In this document: positions 38,865 through 49,970 of the stretch, piece after piece
Layout: every line of letters starts with the position of its first letter
Position numbering within the stretch: the stretch's first letter is position 1
Source of the DNA: Bacteroidales bacterium
GTDB lineage: Bacteria > Bacteroidota > Bacteroidia > Bacteroidales > UBA7332
Assembly (NCBI GenBank): GCA_963668555.2
Contig: CAXXIC010000001.1
Span: 1,493,662-1,557,661, forward strand
DNA length: 64,000 nt
Reading direction: 5' to 3'
Position numbers and translations under genes: made by a program
Notes under the pieces: model-generated
Told to the model about the DNA's origin: nothing
What the model saw: the letters and a program-made list of their open reading frames with translations, nothing else
The model's database searches: none

Positions 38865-40037
38865 TTATCTGGTTAAATCATCTTTTACTACAGCCATCAT
38901 ACCTTCTACCTGTGCCAAAGCCAACATGCGACCGTGGAACGAGTAACCGGCATTATAACCTTTATCGGCATCGTCAAGCATCAAACGACCATGGTCGACA
39001 CGCATGGGCAATTCCGGATTCTCTTTTTCGAAAATACGGATTACTTCAATCAAACGACCACGACCTTCCAGGTGTGACGATTCGATGAAGTTGCCATTTT
39101 CAAGGGGGTTGGTACTACGAAGATGTACGAAGTGAGTTCGTTTGGCAAATTTGGCAGCCAATGCCGGAACATCATTGTGGATTCCTGCGCTCAATGATCC
39201 CGCACAGAAAGTCAATCCATTATGCGGATTATCTACGGATTTCAGAAACCAGTTGATGTCTTCTTCACAGGTAACAATTCGGGGTAACCCTAATACTGCA
39301 AAGGGGGGGTCATCAGGGTGAACGCACATATTCACGCCAGACTCCTCACATACCGGCATAATAGCAGACAAGAAATAACGCAAGTTTTCACGAAGTTTAT
39401 CACGGTCTATTCCAGCATATAGTTCGAGGAGTTTTTTGAATTTAGCCACTGGATTTTGGTCCTCTTCGGTAATATTACCGTTAACAAAGCCCTGAGTTTT
39501 AACAATGATGCTATCGATCAATTCGTCTTTCTCAGCTTGAGTGATCGTTTTATCTAGTTCTGCCACCTTTGCCAATTCTTCGGCAGTATAATCCTGTTCT
39601 GCATTCTCACGTTGCAGAATACGAGTATCAAAGTAAGCAAAACGGACTTTATCAAAATAGAGCGACGAAGATCCGTCAGCCCACGGATGGTATAGATCTG
39701 TACGAATCCAGTCAATGACCGGCATAAAGTTGTAACAAACGGTCTTCACACCACATTTTCCGAGATTAGCCAAACTTACTTTGTAGTTTTCAATCAGTTG
39801 CTCTCTTTCCGGTCCGGCATATTTAATTGCTTCACTAACGGGAAGACTTTCAACAACAGACCAACGTAATCCATGTGATTCAATGTAATTTTTCAGTTCG
39901 AGAATCGCTTCCTCACTCCAAATTTCTCCGTTGGGAACATCGTGCAAAGCGGTTACAATTCCTTCAACTCCAATCTGTCTCAGCATCGAAAGCGTAATCT
40001 TATCTTTCTTGCCGAACCATCGCCATGTTTTTTCCAT
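38865..40037 (-). CDS. uxuA: Mannonate dehydratase
   Basis: TWRWFG, WSVVESLP, CYNFMPV, HPDDPP and MRVDHG motifs. Confidence 0.97.
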   Translation of the reverse strand: MEKTWRWFGKKDKITLSMLRQIGVEGIVTALHDVPNGEIWSEEAILELKNYIESHGLRWSVVESLPVSEAIKYAGPEREQLIENYKVSLANLGKCGVKTVCYNFMPVIDWIRTDLYHPWADGSSSLYFDKVRFAYFDTRILQRENAEQDYTAEELAKVAELDKTITQAEKDELIDSIIVKTQGFVNGNITEEDQNPVAKFKKLLELYAGIDRDKLRENLRYFLSAIMPVCEESGVNMCVHPDDPPFAVLGLPRIVTCEEDINWFLKSVDNPHNGLTFCAGSLSAGIHNDVPALAAKFAKRTHFVHLRSTNPLENGNFIESSHLEGRGRLIEVIRIFEKENPELPMRVDHGRLMLDDADKGYNAGYSFHGRMLALAQVEGMMAVVKDDLTR

Positions 40038-40219
40038 ATGTAACTATTTTAAATATTGAGAATATCTATATAAGACATAGTAAATGAAAGGGAAGAGATG
40101 AGTTTATCACCTCCCCCTTTCTCTCACCACTTAACCATCCAATAATCAATCACAGATAAAATTATCCAGAATAGCTATTTTCCACTAACCACTTAAATAT
40201 CTTTGCGACTGCGATTGGT

Positions 40220-42346
40220 TTAATTGTGATGTGTCAGATCTAGCTTAATCTTCATCAGTTCATCCAGATCATGTACCGGACGTTCGATGTCGTAAGGAAT
40301 CGGTTTTTTCGAGAATTGCTGGAAGTAGAGCAGACAGGCATCTTTCCACCAAACGGCATCACGGGATTGAATCCGCAACCGGGATTGTATCAGGCTAAAG
40401 CGTTCGTGATCCACATATTTTTCCAGCTGATCCCAAACAGTCTGGTAATGACGCACCTGTTTTACTCCTGAATCGTATTTGTAGCAGAGTTCGTTCCAAA
40501 GGGGATTCCCGTTCTTCATCCGATAATTCCACGGCACATGATGAAACCAAAGCAAGTATTTCTCCGGACAAGCCGAAAGAGTATTCAGTTCTTCTTTCAA
40601 AGGAGAAAAATATTGTGAAACGGCATCGCTTCCTTGTGTGGTACGATCAAAGCCCAACCCGATGCTATCGGCTTTGTGGTAATAGCGGGGCAACCAGTCT
40701 TCACGTGCGCCCGGCACATCGCACCAAGGCTCTGGACCGTAATGGTGTCCCCAGGCGAAGATGTGATGTAAACCCAACGGCATCATATAGTTGACCACCG
40801 TTTCGTGAGAAGTGGTCATTATCTCCTTTACCGGATTGACGAACGCCTGATCTCCGGTAAAAGTCATTCGAATCCATTCGTCGGCAATGTCGGAAGCCGA
40901 TATATTGTTATTCCATGCCAAACGACCGAATGCGTACCAGTTGGCCTGCGCAAAAGTGTGTCCGCACCAGTTGGCATCCTCGCCGATATTGGCTACACCG
41001 GCAATGGCTGTAAAGGGCTGCTTGAAGAGTGTTCCGTCAGTAACCTTAGCGATCGTAGAACCTTTTCCCTTACAATAGGTATCACTCTGGAGAAATTCCT
41101 GCCAAAGCGATGCCAGGAAGACGAGATGATTGGAAAATCCGAGGTATTCCTGTGTGATTTGCCATTCGGGCATCAGGGGTGTTTTCTTCATCGCTCCATA
41201 CAGCGGACTGAATGCCTCCCGGGGCTGAAAATCGATGGGGCCGTTTTTGACCTGAACAATCACATTGTCCAGAAACTTGCCATCCAGCGGTTGAAATTCC
41301 TTATAAGCCAGTTTGGCCCGGTCATCTTTTCCCGGAGAATAGACAAAAGCCCTCCACATCACGATTCCTCTGTGTGGTTTCAGTGCTTCGGCCAGCATAT
41401 TGGCACCATCGGCATGGGTACGACCGTAATCCTGTGGGCCGGGAAGCCCTTCGGAATTGGCTTTCACCAGAAAGCCCCCGAAATCGGGAATCAGTTTGTA
41501 AATTTCATCCGCTTTATCCTTCCACCATTTCCGGACAGCCGGTTTTAACGGATCGGAGTCGGGGAGTCCGCCCAGCTTCGCCGGTGATGAAAAGTTAATG
41601 GAGAGATAGACCTTGATATTGTAAGGGCGTAACACTCCGGCAATCGCTTTTACCTTTTGCAGATTAGCTAACGAGAGCATTTCGGGAGTCGCATTCACAT
41701 TATTGAGCACAGTCGAGTTAATACCAATCGAAGCATTAGCACGGGCATATTCGGTATATCTTGGTAAAATCTTGCTCGGAAGCTCATCCCATTTCCAGAT
41801 AGAATGTCCGGCATAACCCCGTTCTACCGTTCCGTCCAGATTGTCCCAGTGATTGAGTACACGAAGGTTGTAGGAAGGCTTTTCCGAGATATTCAACTCT
41901 TCATTTGCCTTGCCCGTCTGAATCAGCCTCAACAGGTGAAAAGCTCCATACAGAAGCCCTTTTTCGGAAGCCGAAGCTACGACGGTAAATTTGTCGTTAC
42001 CCTGATGTATGGTCCTGACGACAAACCCCTCATCGCCAAGCCTTTGAAGCTGCTGCGTCAATCCCAGTTTTTTAATGGCCGGATCGGTACTGATGCCAAA
42101 TAGCACAGATTTGTCACCAAACTGCGAAATGAACCGGGGAGAGCTTCCCGGCATCAGTGAGACTGCACGCCGGAACTCCTTTACCGCTAATCGGGTAGTA
42201 TCTCCGGCTATTCTCCCGAAAGCTATATCCGCAACCCGGGTTGACGAAAAGCGTAACCAAAGATCGTGTCCATTCTCCGCCAATGAGAGCGATACGGTAA
42301 AACATGTTACAAAAAGGAGTCCGATTATTTTTTTCATGGCGACCAT
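40220..42346 (-). CDS. GH67 alpha-glucuronidase
   Basis: LRVLNHWDNLDG.VERGYAG, KANSEG, KNGPIDFQPRE and RDAVWWKDAC motifs. Confidence 0.96.
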   Translation of the reverse strand: MVAMKKIIGLLFVTCFTVSLSLAENGHDLWLRFSSTRVADIAFGRIAGDTTRLAVKEFRRAVSLMPGSSPRFISQFGDKSVLFGISTDPAIKKLGLTQQLQRLGDEGFVVRTIHQGNDKFTVVASASEKGLLYGAFHLLRLIQTGKANEELNISEKPSYNLRVLNHWDNLDGTVERGYAGHSIWKWDELPSKILPRYTEYARANASIGINSTVLNNVNATPEMLSLANLQKVKAIAGVLRPYNIKVYLSINFSSPAKLGGLPDSDPLKPAVRKWWKDKADEIYKLIPDFGGFLVKANSEGLPGPQDYGRTHADGANMLAEALKPHRGIVMWRAFVYSPGKDDRAKLAYKEFQPLDGKFLDNVIVQVKNGPIDFQPREAFSPLYGAMKKTPLMPEWQITQEYLGFSNHLVFLASLWQEFLQSDTYCKGKGSTIAKVTDGTLFKQPFTAIAGVANIGEDANWCGHTFAQANWYAFGRLAWNNNISASDIADEWIRMTFTGDQAFVNPVKEIMTTSHETVVNYMMPLGLHHIFAWGHHYGPEPWCDVPGAREDWLPRYYHKADSIGLGFDRTTQGSDAVSQYFSPLKEELNTLSACPEKYLLWFHHVPWNYRMKNGNPLWNELCYKYDSGVKQVRHYQTVWDQLEKYVDHERFSLIQSRLRIQSRDAVWWKDACLLYFQQFSKKPIPYDIERPVHDLDELMKIKLDLTHHN

Positions 42347-42354
42347 TTCAATAT

Positions 42355-43326
42355 TTATTTCTGACCTCCACCATCAATGGTTTTGATCGTTCCATCAGCA
42401 TTATACTCCAATTCTACCACTTTTAAGCTACGAAGCCAGGTTCTTCCACCCGAAGGCACACTATCGTGATGGAACAGGTACCATTTTCCCTGAAATTCTG
42501 TAATACAATGGTGAGTCGTCCAACCCACAACAGGCGTCAGGATTACCCCCTGATAGGTAAACGGGCCGTATGGATTATCGCCAATGGCATAACATAACAG
42601 ATGCGTATCTCCGGTCGAATACGAGAAGTAGTATTTTCCATTGTATTTGTGTATCCACGACGCTTCAAAGAAACGACGTTCCTGATCACCGGCTTTCAAA
42701 GGTTCTCCGTTTTCATCGAGAATAATAAGCGGTCGTGGTTCTTCCGCAAAACCAAGCATATCCTCAGTTAGCTTTACCACACGGGAAGGTAATGCCGGTT
42801 CTTCATCAGCCGGTTCATGTCCGCATTCGATAGCTTTGTTGTCGCGGTAGCGTTGCAGTTGCCCTCCCCACAAACCGCCAAAGTACATATAGTGGTTTCC
42901 TTCTTCTTCGAAAATACAGGGATCAATCGAATAACTGCCTTTGATCGGGTCTGATTCGGGAATAAACGGTCCTTCCGGACGATCACTGATAGCTACTCCG
43001 ATGTGGAAAACGTCATTCTTATCTTTCAGGGGAAAGTAGATGTAATATTTGCCGTCTTTGTAAGCTGCATCGCAATCCCACAGCTGACGACCAGCCCAGG
43101 GTATATCTTTCACATCAAGGGCAACACCATGATCAGTTACCTCTCCTTCAACACTTTCCATCGAGAATACATGATAATCTTTCATATCGAAATGATCACC
43201 GTTATCATTTTCCGGAATACCTGACTCAATGTCATGAGACGGATAAATGTAGAGTTTACCATTAAACACGTGTACTGCCGGATCGGCAGTGTAAAGATGA
43301 GGCACTAAATATCTGGGCTCTTTCAT
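42355..43326 (-). CDS. GH43 (subfamily 1-like) beta-xylosidase/arabinofuranosidase, cytoplasmic
   Basis: ADPAVH, SIDPC, RRFFEASW and WTTHH motifs; no signal peptide. Confidence 0.93.
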   Translation of the reverse strand: MKEPRYLVPHLYTADPAVHVFNGKLYIYPSHDIESGIPENDNGDHFDMKDYHVFSMESVEGEVTDHGVALDVKDIPWAGRQLWDCDAAYKDGKYYIYFPLKDKNDVFHIGVAISDRPEGPFIPESDPIKGSYSIDPCIFEEEGNHYMYFGGLWGGQLQRYRDNKAIECGHEPADEEPALPSRVVKLTEDMLGFAEEPRPLIILDENGEPLKAGDQERRFFEASWIHKYNGKYYFSYSTGDTHLLCYAIGDNPYGPFTYQGVILTPVVGWTTHHCITEFQGKWYLFHHDSVPSGGRTWLRSLKVVELEYNADGTIKTIDGGGQK

Positions 43327-43615
43327 TTTCTAATCTTTATTTACCTATGTAACAAATCTATTTTTTCTTTGAATAACCTATATGAGCAACTATCGGTTTG
43401 ATATAGTTTTTCTATTTAAAAATGTATATTCCCTTTCCACCCCAAAAGGCCAAACAGCTCAACATTGCTGATAATCTAAATCACTCCGTATTTTACCCTA
43501 TACTTCTGATCTCATCATCAGAGTTTTAAAAAAGCAATTATTATCAACCCGATCAAAATCGCCAACAATAAAGCCGTTCCATTAATCTTTCTAAAATCTA
43601 ATTTCATCTCTGTTT

Positions 43616-45082
43616 TCACCTATTCCGACGAGCCGTCAGTTCCTCTTGAATCTGAATCTCTTTACTCTTATTGATTTCATAGAAGAATAAACAGGCTACA
43701 CTCACACAAAAAGTCAGCATAGGGAAAACGCTTATAGATAGTCGAATACCACTTATGGTTTCTACTGACTGTACCGGTAACTGCAGGTTATAACCATACG
43801 TAGCCAGAATACCGGCCACTAAAGCCCCTCCGATACTTAATCCAGCCTTTAGACCAAAAATCATGGCCGAAAAAATGATTGCTGTTGCCCGTCGGTTATT
43901 TTTCCATTCGGAGTAATCGGCTACATCTGCAATCATAGCCCACAACAAAGGAGTCGATATACCGTAAAAAAATCCATGAGCAAGTTGAGTCAGAAAAACC
44001 AATGCTATTGACTGTGGCGCGTAGAAATAAAACAGCAACAGACACAAGGCCGAAAGAAAAAGACTGACCCCGAATACATCCCGTTTACCAAACTTATCGG
44101 CTAACGATTTGGAGAAACCGATACCGACCATCATCATTATGATTCCACCGGCATTAAATAGACTGAAAGCTGATGTCGGTGCGTCTTTGGGCCAGGTAAA
44201 ACCATGAAAGCCCATATTGATCAATCCATTGTTTAGTCCTGAAATAAATCCGTTAAAGCCTACATTTTCGAGGAAATTGACTAATGAATCCCCACTCAGG
44301 TAATTCTTAAAATAGTAAACACACATCCCACCCTTCAGTGACAATGTAATAAAGATGAAAACGGTAAGAACCAGCATCGCGATCCAGGGCTTATTTCTGG
44401 AAAGGTCTTTTATATCTTCTTTTACGCTTGATTTTTGTTCCGCAGTTGGGATAATACGCTCTCTGGTAGTCAGGAATGTAATGATGAAAAAGATGACGCC
44501 GGTAACAGCAAATATGGCCATTACATGCTCAAAGCCCTTTGTTTTATCACCGTCTCCCAATATCAGAACCAGCGGCAACAGCAAACCCTGAACAACAAAC
44601 TGAGCAATCATTACCGCCACAAACCGGTAGGATGAAATACTATTCCGTTCGGCCATATCACCCGTGATCACGCCACTCAGTGAAGCATAAGGAAGATTAT
44701 TGGCTGAATAAGCGATTACCAGCAAAATATAGGTGATCAGCGCATAAGCTATTTTACCCGTTAAGCTAAAGTTTGGCGTACTAAAAGCAAGCATCGCAAT
44801 AATACCGAAAGGCAGGGCTGTCCACAGAATCCAGGGACGGAATTTCCCCCATCGGGTAGTGGTCCGGTCAGCAATAATCCCCATAAAGGGATTGAAACAG
44901 GCTCCGATCATTCCTCCTGTAAAAATAATCACAGATGCGGTTCCTGCCGGAATTTTATATACATCAGTATAAAAGAAGGCGAGGAAAGTCATGAGAGTTT
45001 GAAAAATCAGGTTAGCAGCCAAATCGCCTAAACTGTAACCAACTTTCTCGATAAATGATACTTTTTGAGATGCGTTCTCCAT
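43616..45082 (-). CDS. GPH-family (glycoside-pentoside-hexuronide) cation symporter
   Basis: EKVGYSLGD, DRTTTRWGKFRPW and MIADVADY motifs; 12 TM-like segments. Confidence 0.93.
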   Translation of the reverse strand: MENASQKVSFIEKVGYSLGDLAANLIFQTLMTFLAFFYTDVYKIPAGTASVIIFTGGMIGACFNPFMGIIADRTTTRWGKFRPWILWTALPFGIIAMLAFSTPNFSLTGKIAYALITYILLVIAYSANNLPYASLSGVITGDMAERNSISSYRFVAVMIAQFVVQGLLLPLVLILGDGDKTKGFEHVMAIFAVTGVIFFIITFLTTRERIIPTAEQKSSVKEDIKDLSRNKPWIAMLVLTVFIFITLSLKGGMCVYYFKNYLSGDSLVNFLENVGFNGFISGLNNGLINMGFHGFTWPKDAPTSAFSLFNAGGIIMMMVGIGFSKSLADKFGKRDVFGVSLFLSALCLLLFYFYAPQSIALVFLTQLAHGFFYGISTPLLWAMIADVADYSEWKNNRRATAIIFSAMIFGLKAGLSIGGALVAGILATYGYNLQLPVQSVETISGIRLSISVFPMLTFCVSVACLFFYEINKSKEIQIQEELTARRNR

Positions 45083-45450
45083 TAATCCAATATTTTAATT
45101 CATAAGTAATAATCAAAATCCACTACAGTCTCGGCCTCCAAATAATTCGACAGCCAAAGACCATCACAAATTTAGCTCTCCACTTCTCAACACTTTAGTA
45201 CAATTAGATATTCTTGTCCTAAAAATAGATTTGATTAACCTTGAACTTAAAAAAATCAGACATTTCTCCCCCCGACCAATCATCATCTGCCCTTTAAAAT
45301 AAAAACAGTCCGGTAAAAATCAGACTATTTCATTAGTAAACATGAGCTACCGGGATAATAACCCTATATAAAAGAAATGAGTTCCAACTATAAAAGCAGA
45401 ACTCATTTCAATATCAAACAGTGGGATGAGGAAATTAAAAGCCATATTAA

Positions 45451-48400
45451 TCAGACTTCTGTTGGCGACTTTCCAAAGTGTTTTTTAAACACTCTTCCAA
45501 AATATCCGATTGACGAAAACCCACATAACTCACTTACTTCGGTAACATTATATTTTCGGCTTTGCAACAATTCCAACGCGTAATCTAGTCTAACTACTTT
45601 AATAAAATCAGTAGGTGATTGATCTGTAATTGCTTTTACTTTTTTATAAAGCAGAGATCCACTTACATTCATTGCTGTGGCAAATTCATCTTTTCCAAAA
45701 TCTGTATTGGAAATATTCGCTCGTATTACTTCCAGCAATTTTTTCAAAAACTTGTCGTTATGTTCATTAGCCAGGAGTTGTTCATTATCATTGGTTGGGG
45801 CTTTTATCAACTTCATCGCTTTTACCTTAACCACCTCCCGATTACTGATAATCGTTTTTATTTTTTGGGAAAGAAGAGTCATATCAAAGGGTTTGGTCAG
45901 GTAATCATCGGCTCCCAGCCCCAATCCCTGCAATTGCTCAGCCTTTCCCGAAAGGGCAGTGAGCAATATAATCGGTATATGAGACGTTTCATAAGTCGAT
46001 TTCATCAATCGACATAGTTCGAAGCCATCCATATTCGGCATCATAACATCGGATACGACCAAATCAGGCATCTGTGTTTGAATGATATCCCATGCCTCTG
46101 CTCCATCTTCCGCCATTGTGACCTTAAAATCTGACCGAAGGGCATACAACATAAAGTTCCGCAAATCATCATTATCTTCAACAATTAAGATGCTCATTCT
46201 CTGCAAATCGGATTCCTCTTGTGGGTTATTGGGCTGTAAATCTACAGCCGGAGCTATAAATGGAACCGATTCTTCAGTATGCGCTGTTTCTTCTCTTTCG
46301 TCCTCTAACACCTCTTTATACGGAATCACGATCTTAAAAGCAGACCCGGAATTTTCCTGGCTTATACAACTAATTTCACCTCCATGTATGGTTACATAGT
46401 TTTTGACCAATAAAAGACCTATGCCGGAACCGACAATCTTTGAATTAATCGCATTTTCTCCTCGGTAAAACTCCCGGAATAGCTGGTGTTGTGCTTTTTT
46501 ACTAATTCCTATTCCCTGATCTATAACTTCAAGCGTCCAGCTTTCGGGCTCACATTTCAAATGAATCTGAACCTGACTATCACAATTAGAATATTTAATG
46601 GCATTTGAGAAGAGGTTATCCACGACCTTTTCCATCATGGTTTCATTGATGGCGGTTTGATAACACTCCTGTTCTGATACAAACAGCAGATCTATATTTT
46701 TACTTCTGGCAAAGGACTCAAACATTTGCCTGCGATGCTCTACGAGCCCGACTATATCTACCATGCGAAGAATTAATTGTTCTTTTCCGATATCCATTTT
46801 CTGGAAGTCCATCAGTTGAGTCACGACTGTTGATAAACGTCTGGCCTGTTCTGTAGCCAAAGCCAGATAATGCCGACTTATATCCATGAGATTTGGATCC
46901 TTGGAAAGTTCTTCGATAGGCGCCTTGATTAAAGTCAGAGATGTCCTGATATCATGTGCTGTATTTGTAAAAAAGCGAATCTTCTCTTCAGTGTGTTGTT
47001 GCTTAAGCCGCTGAATAAAATGATTCAATATGAAATATACAATTGCCACAATAAAGACAAACAAAAGCAGGCGAAACCACCACGTTTTCCAGAATGGAGG
47101 CACAATAGTCAACTTCAGCGTTCGCTCAGCAATCACCTGAGAAAGTGAGCTATTATACAAACGAATCTTTAATTTATAATCGCCTGCCGGTACATTAGAA
47201 TAGCTGACAAATCGGTTCGCAGAAGGCTGATTCCATGTATTATCCAGGCCATCCAACATCCAGGAGAATTTAGCTCCGGAGACATCGCCTAAGGATAATA
47301 GCTCCAGATTGAGTGTGTTCTGATTATAATTGAGGGAAAGCTCTTTCAGACTATCAAGTGGCTCTTCAAGACTTTCTCTGATAGAATGACCTGCCAGTGT
47401 CAGATCCTGAAAAAAGAGGACACCGTTGGATTCTTCTTCAGAAACCAAATTAGGAGAAAAGCGTAATATTCCATTATTCGTACCCCACATTAAATCGCCA
47501 TTATTCAGGCGACAGTGAGAGTTTCGATTAAAAGATGTGTGAGATAATGTGTAAATCGAGCTAAAGGTCAGCACATCCAAATTATTAGGATTCAAACGAC
47601 ACAAACCGTTTTCTGTACCCAACCACAGATACCCGGACGAAAACATTATACTATTTACGTAATTCGACGGCAGTCCGGATTTTGTATTTATCACCTGCTT
47701 TTTTCCGGTTTTGTAATTGTATTTCACCAATCCTTCACCACTGGTACAAACCAAAATATCATCATTGATAACAACCAGATCCTGGGCCATATACCCAAGT
47801 AACAAGGGTTTTACTTCACCGGTATTTTTATTAAAAATAGCAAGCCCATACGAGCAGGAAAATAGTAATTGACTGGAGGACAATTCGGCAAAAGTATTAA
47901 CAGGCTGAGGTGAATATATCCGAAATTTATTTTCTTTAGAAATGTAACGAATCAATTTCCCCCGAATCCCACCAATCCAGAGATCATTCTGCCTGTCTTT
48001 AAAAATGTCCAGTACAAAATCACTTTCCAGGGAGTTTTTTGTGGCATTTTTTGAATAATGAGCCAACTCCCGGCCCGTCTGCCCGTCAAGCACATAAACA
48101 CCTGACGAATAAGCACCTGCCCATATCTTACCCTGATTATCTTCACATAACGAGAGAAATACCCGTGCTTTATCATTATTATTCCGGTAGAATGTTTTCC
48201 ATTTACCTGAACTGGACTCCAAGCAACCGATTCCGTTGTCTGTAGCCGCCCATATATTCCCCCATTTGTCCTGTATGATCTTGTTTACATTATTGTCTAC
48301 TAAGGAATTCGGATCATTGATGGTGTGTGTTATCTGAGTAACCGGGATAACAGTTTTATCAAAATATGATATACCACCGCTATAAGTACAAACCCAAATA

Positions 48401-49341
48401 CGTTTATTATTATCATTAATAATATCATAAACCCCATTACCCCGAAGAGATGAAAGGTTATCAACATCCTCCTTATATACATTCAACACCTTCGAGCCAG
48501 TTCTGTCTAATTCCCAGATCCCTTGTCCGTCAGTTCCGATCAAAACGGATGAATCAGAATTGACTTCAATGGCTAAGACCGGTTGTTTAGGGAAATCATT
48601 ATTGAGTACGGCATTAAGCTTATCCGTTTTGAAATCGTAGATATATAAACCGTTTGAAATCGTACCAATCCATAATCTCTGTGTTTCAGTATCCCTAAAA
48701 AGTTTAGAAACATGAAATTCGTTTTTTGCTCTGTTCTTGAAAAGCCATTTCCGTTTCAGGGTATGTTTGTTAAAGATCCATATTCCATTAGAATTTGCAA
48801 CAAACAACTGGTTTTGATCTAATTGGGTTGAATAATAGTTTTCTCCGGAATTTTCAATTAAGGTTAACCTGCCATTTTGAAAACGAAAAAAGCCATTATT
48901 GGTAGCGAACCAAAAACAACCGTTTTCATCTACAAGCATATTACTCACACTTAAATAAACACTATTACTCAGGATTCTGGACAAATTCAATATCAGCTCA
49001 AACCGATCCGTAATCATATTATAGCGAAATATCTGGCCATTATTTGTATAGGCAAGAAGACTATTATTCGTATAGACGAGTCGTACCCTAAACAAATCAA
49101 GATTGGTATAAGGGAGCTGATAAATATGATAGTTTTCTCCACTAAATCTTAAAATCCCCATCTTGGAAGAAGCCCATAAAAAGCCATTTCGATCTTTACA
49201 AATCGAAGTTATTCCGCGCATAGAGATTCCATATATGGAATTTATATTATTAAACTTCACACTGGAAGAAAAGGAAGTTAATGAAGTCAGAAACAGAATT
49301 ATAATTAATAATTTAGATTTCATCGAAATAAGGTTTTTCAT
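45451..49341 (-). CDS. Hybrid two-component system regulator (beta-propeller/Y_Y_Y-HK-REC-AraC)
   Basis: Reg_prop repeats, PPFWKTWW TM, AHDIRTSLT H-box, VVSDVMMP receiver and C-terminal AraC HTH. Confidence 0.97.
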   Translation of the reverse strand: MKNLISMKSKLLIIILFLTSLTSFSSSVKFNNINSIYGISMRGITSICKDRNGFLWASSKMGILRFSGENYHIYQLPYTNLDLFRVRLVYTNNSLLAYTNNGQIFRYNMITDRFELILNLSRILSNSVYLSVSNMLVDENGCFWFATNNGFFRFQNGRLTLIENSGENYYSTQLDQNQLFVANSNGIWIFNKHTLKRKWLFKNRAKNEFHVSKLFRDTETQRLWIGTISNGLYIYDFKTDKLNAVLNNDFPKQPVLAIEVNSDSSVLIGTDGQGIWELDRTGSKVLNVYKEDVDNLSSLRGNGVYDIINDNNKRIWVCTYSGGISYFDKTVIPVTQITHTINDPNSLVDNNVNKIIQDKWGNIWAATDNGIGCLESSSGKWKTFYRNNNDKARVFLSLCEDNQGKIWAGAYSSGVYVLDGQTGRELAHYSKNATKNSLESDFVLDIFKDRQNDLWIGGIRGKLIRYISKENKFRIYSPQPVNTFAELSSSQLLFSCSYGLAIFNKNTGEVKPLLLGYMAQDLVVINDDILVCTSGEGLVKYNYKTGKKQVINTKSGLPSNYVNSIMFSSGYLWLGTENGLCRLNPNNLDVLTFSSIYTLSHTSFNRNSHCRLNNGDLMWGTNNGILRFSPNLVSEEESNGVLFFQDLTLAGHSIRESLEEPLDSLKELSLNYNQNTLNLELLSLGDVSGAKFSWMLDGLDNTWNQPSANRFVSYSNVPAGDYKLKIRLYNSSLSQVIAERTLKLTIVPPFWKTWWFRLLLFVFIVAIVYFILNHFIQRLKQQHTEEKIRFFTNTAHDIRTSLTLIKAPIEELSKDPNLMDISRHYLALATEQARRLSTVVTQLMDFQKMDIGKEQLILRMVDIVGLVEHRRQMFESFARSKNIDLLFVSEQECYQTAINETMMEKVVDNLFSNAIKYSNCDSQVQIHLKCEPESWTLEVIDQGIGISKKAQHQLFREFYRGENAINSKIVGSGIGLLLVKNYVTIHGGEISCISQENSGSAFKIVIPYKEVLEDEREETAHTEESVPFIAPAVDLQPNNPQEESDLQRMSILIVEDNDDLRNFMLYALRSDFKVTMAEDGAEAWDIIQTQMPDLVVSDVMMPNMDGFELCRLMKSTYETSHIPIILLTALSGKAEQLQGLGLGADDYLTKPFDMTLLSQKIKTIISNREVVKVKAMKLIKAPTNDNEQLLANEHNDKFLKKLLEVIRANISNTDFGKDEFATAMNVSGSLLYKKVKAITDQSPTDFIKVVRLDYALELLQSRKYNVTEVSELCGFSSIGYFGRVFKKHFGKSPTEV

Positions 49342-49665
49342 AATAAAGAAATTCGGGGTTATTCCGGCTGTGCAAGTGTTCGAATTTAAATACGATTAGT
49401 CAAATTCTCGCTATAATGTATTAGATTCACGGAAATGCAAAGATAGAAGATAGTCAACACATAACAATATAAAAATGAACGATCCTTTTAGTTATACAGG
49501 TCAGTTAACCTAAGCCCCTCAACAAATACGGATCACTATCATAAGCCGAAATTGACTTACAAGAATAGAAGCCATAACACACCGCACTATGTACCCTTGT
49601 AGATCTTATTATCATATTCCACTTTCTGTTTCTTCTTTTAGTGACCTTTATCTATCAACCAAAAA

Positions 49666-49698
49666 GAACCTCAGAAGTCGATTAAACTTCTGAGGTTC
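49666..49698 (-). terminator. Terminator after the SGNH esterase gene
   Basis: 13-bp arms GAACCTCAGAAGT / ACTTCTGAGGTTC with an adjacent A run. Confidence 0.8.
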
Positions 49699-49970
49699 AC
49701 TTTCTACCTAAGCTATAACTAACAAATCGACAAATCGGATACTCATTCATCCGGTTCCCTATTGAGCTATGAATTTAAATTTATCAATATGGAAAAATAC
49801 GATTTGAGGAATCAGCATTAACCCAGGAATAAATTGCTTCATGAATATTTATTTATTTCGCCTTAGTTCTATTTGCACTCTAGTTATCAAGCCATTAAAC
49901 AACCCTATACTAAATTACATTTTTGCTTTATCTATATCCGTTTTTTATCAGAATCAGACACACCACTTAA

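Noticed and set aside
40805-41548. 247-aa plus-strand ORF
   Set aside because: Antisense shadow of GH67.
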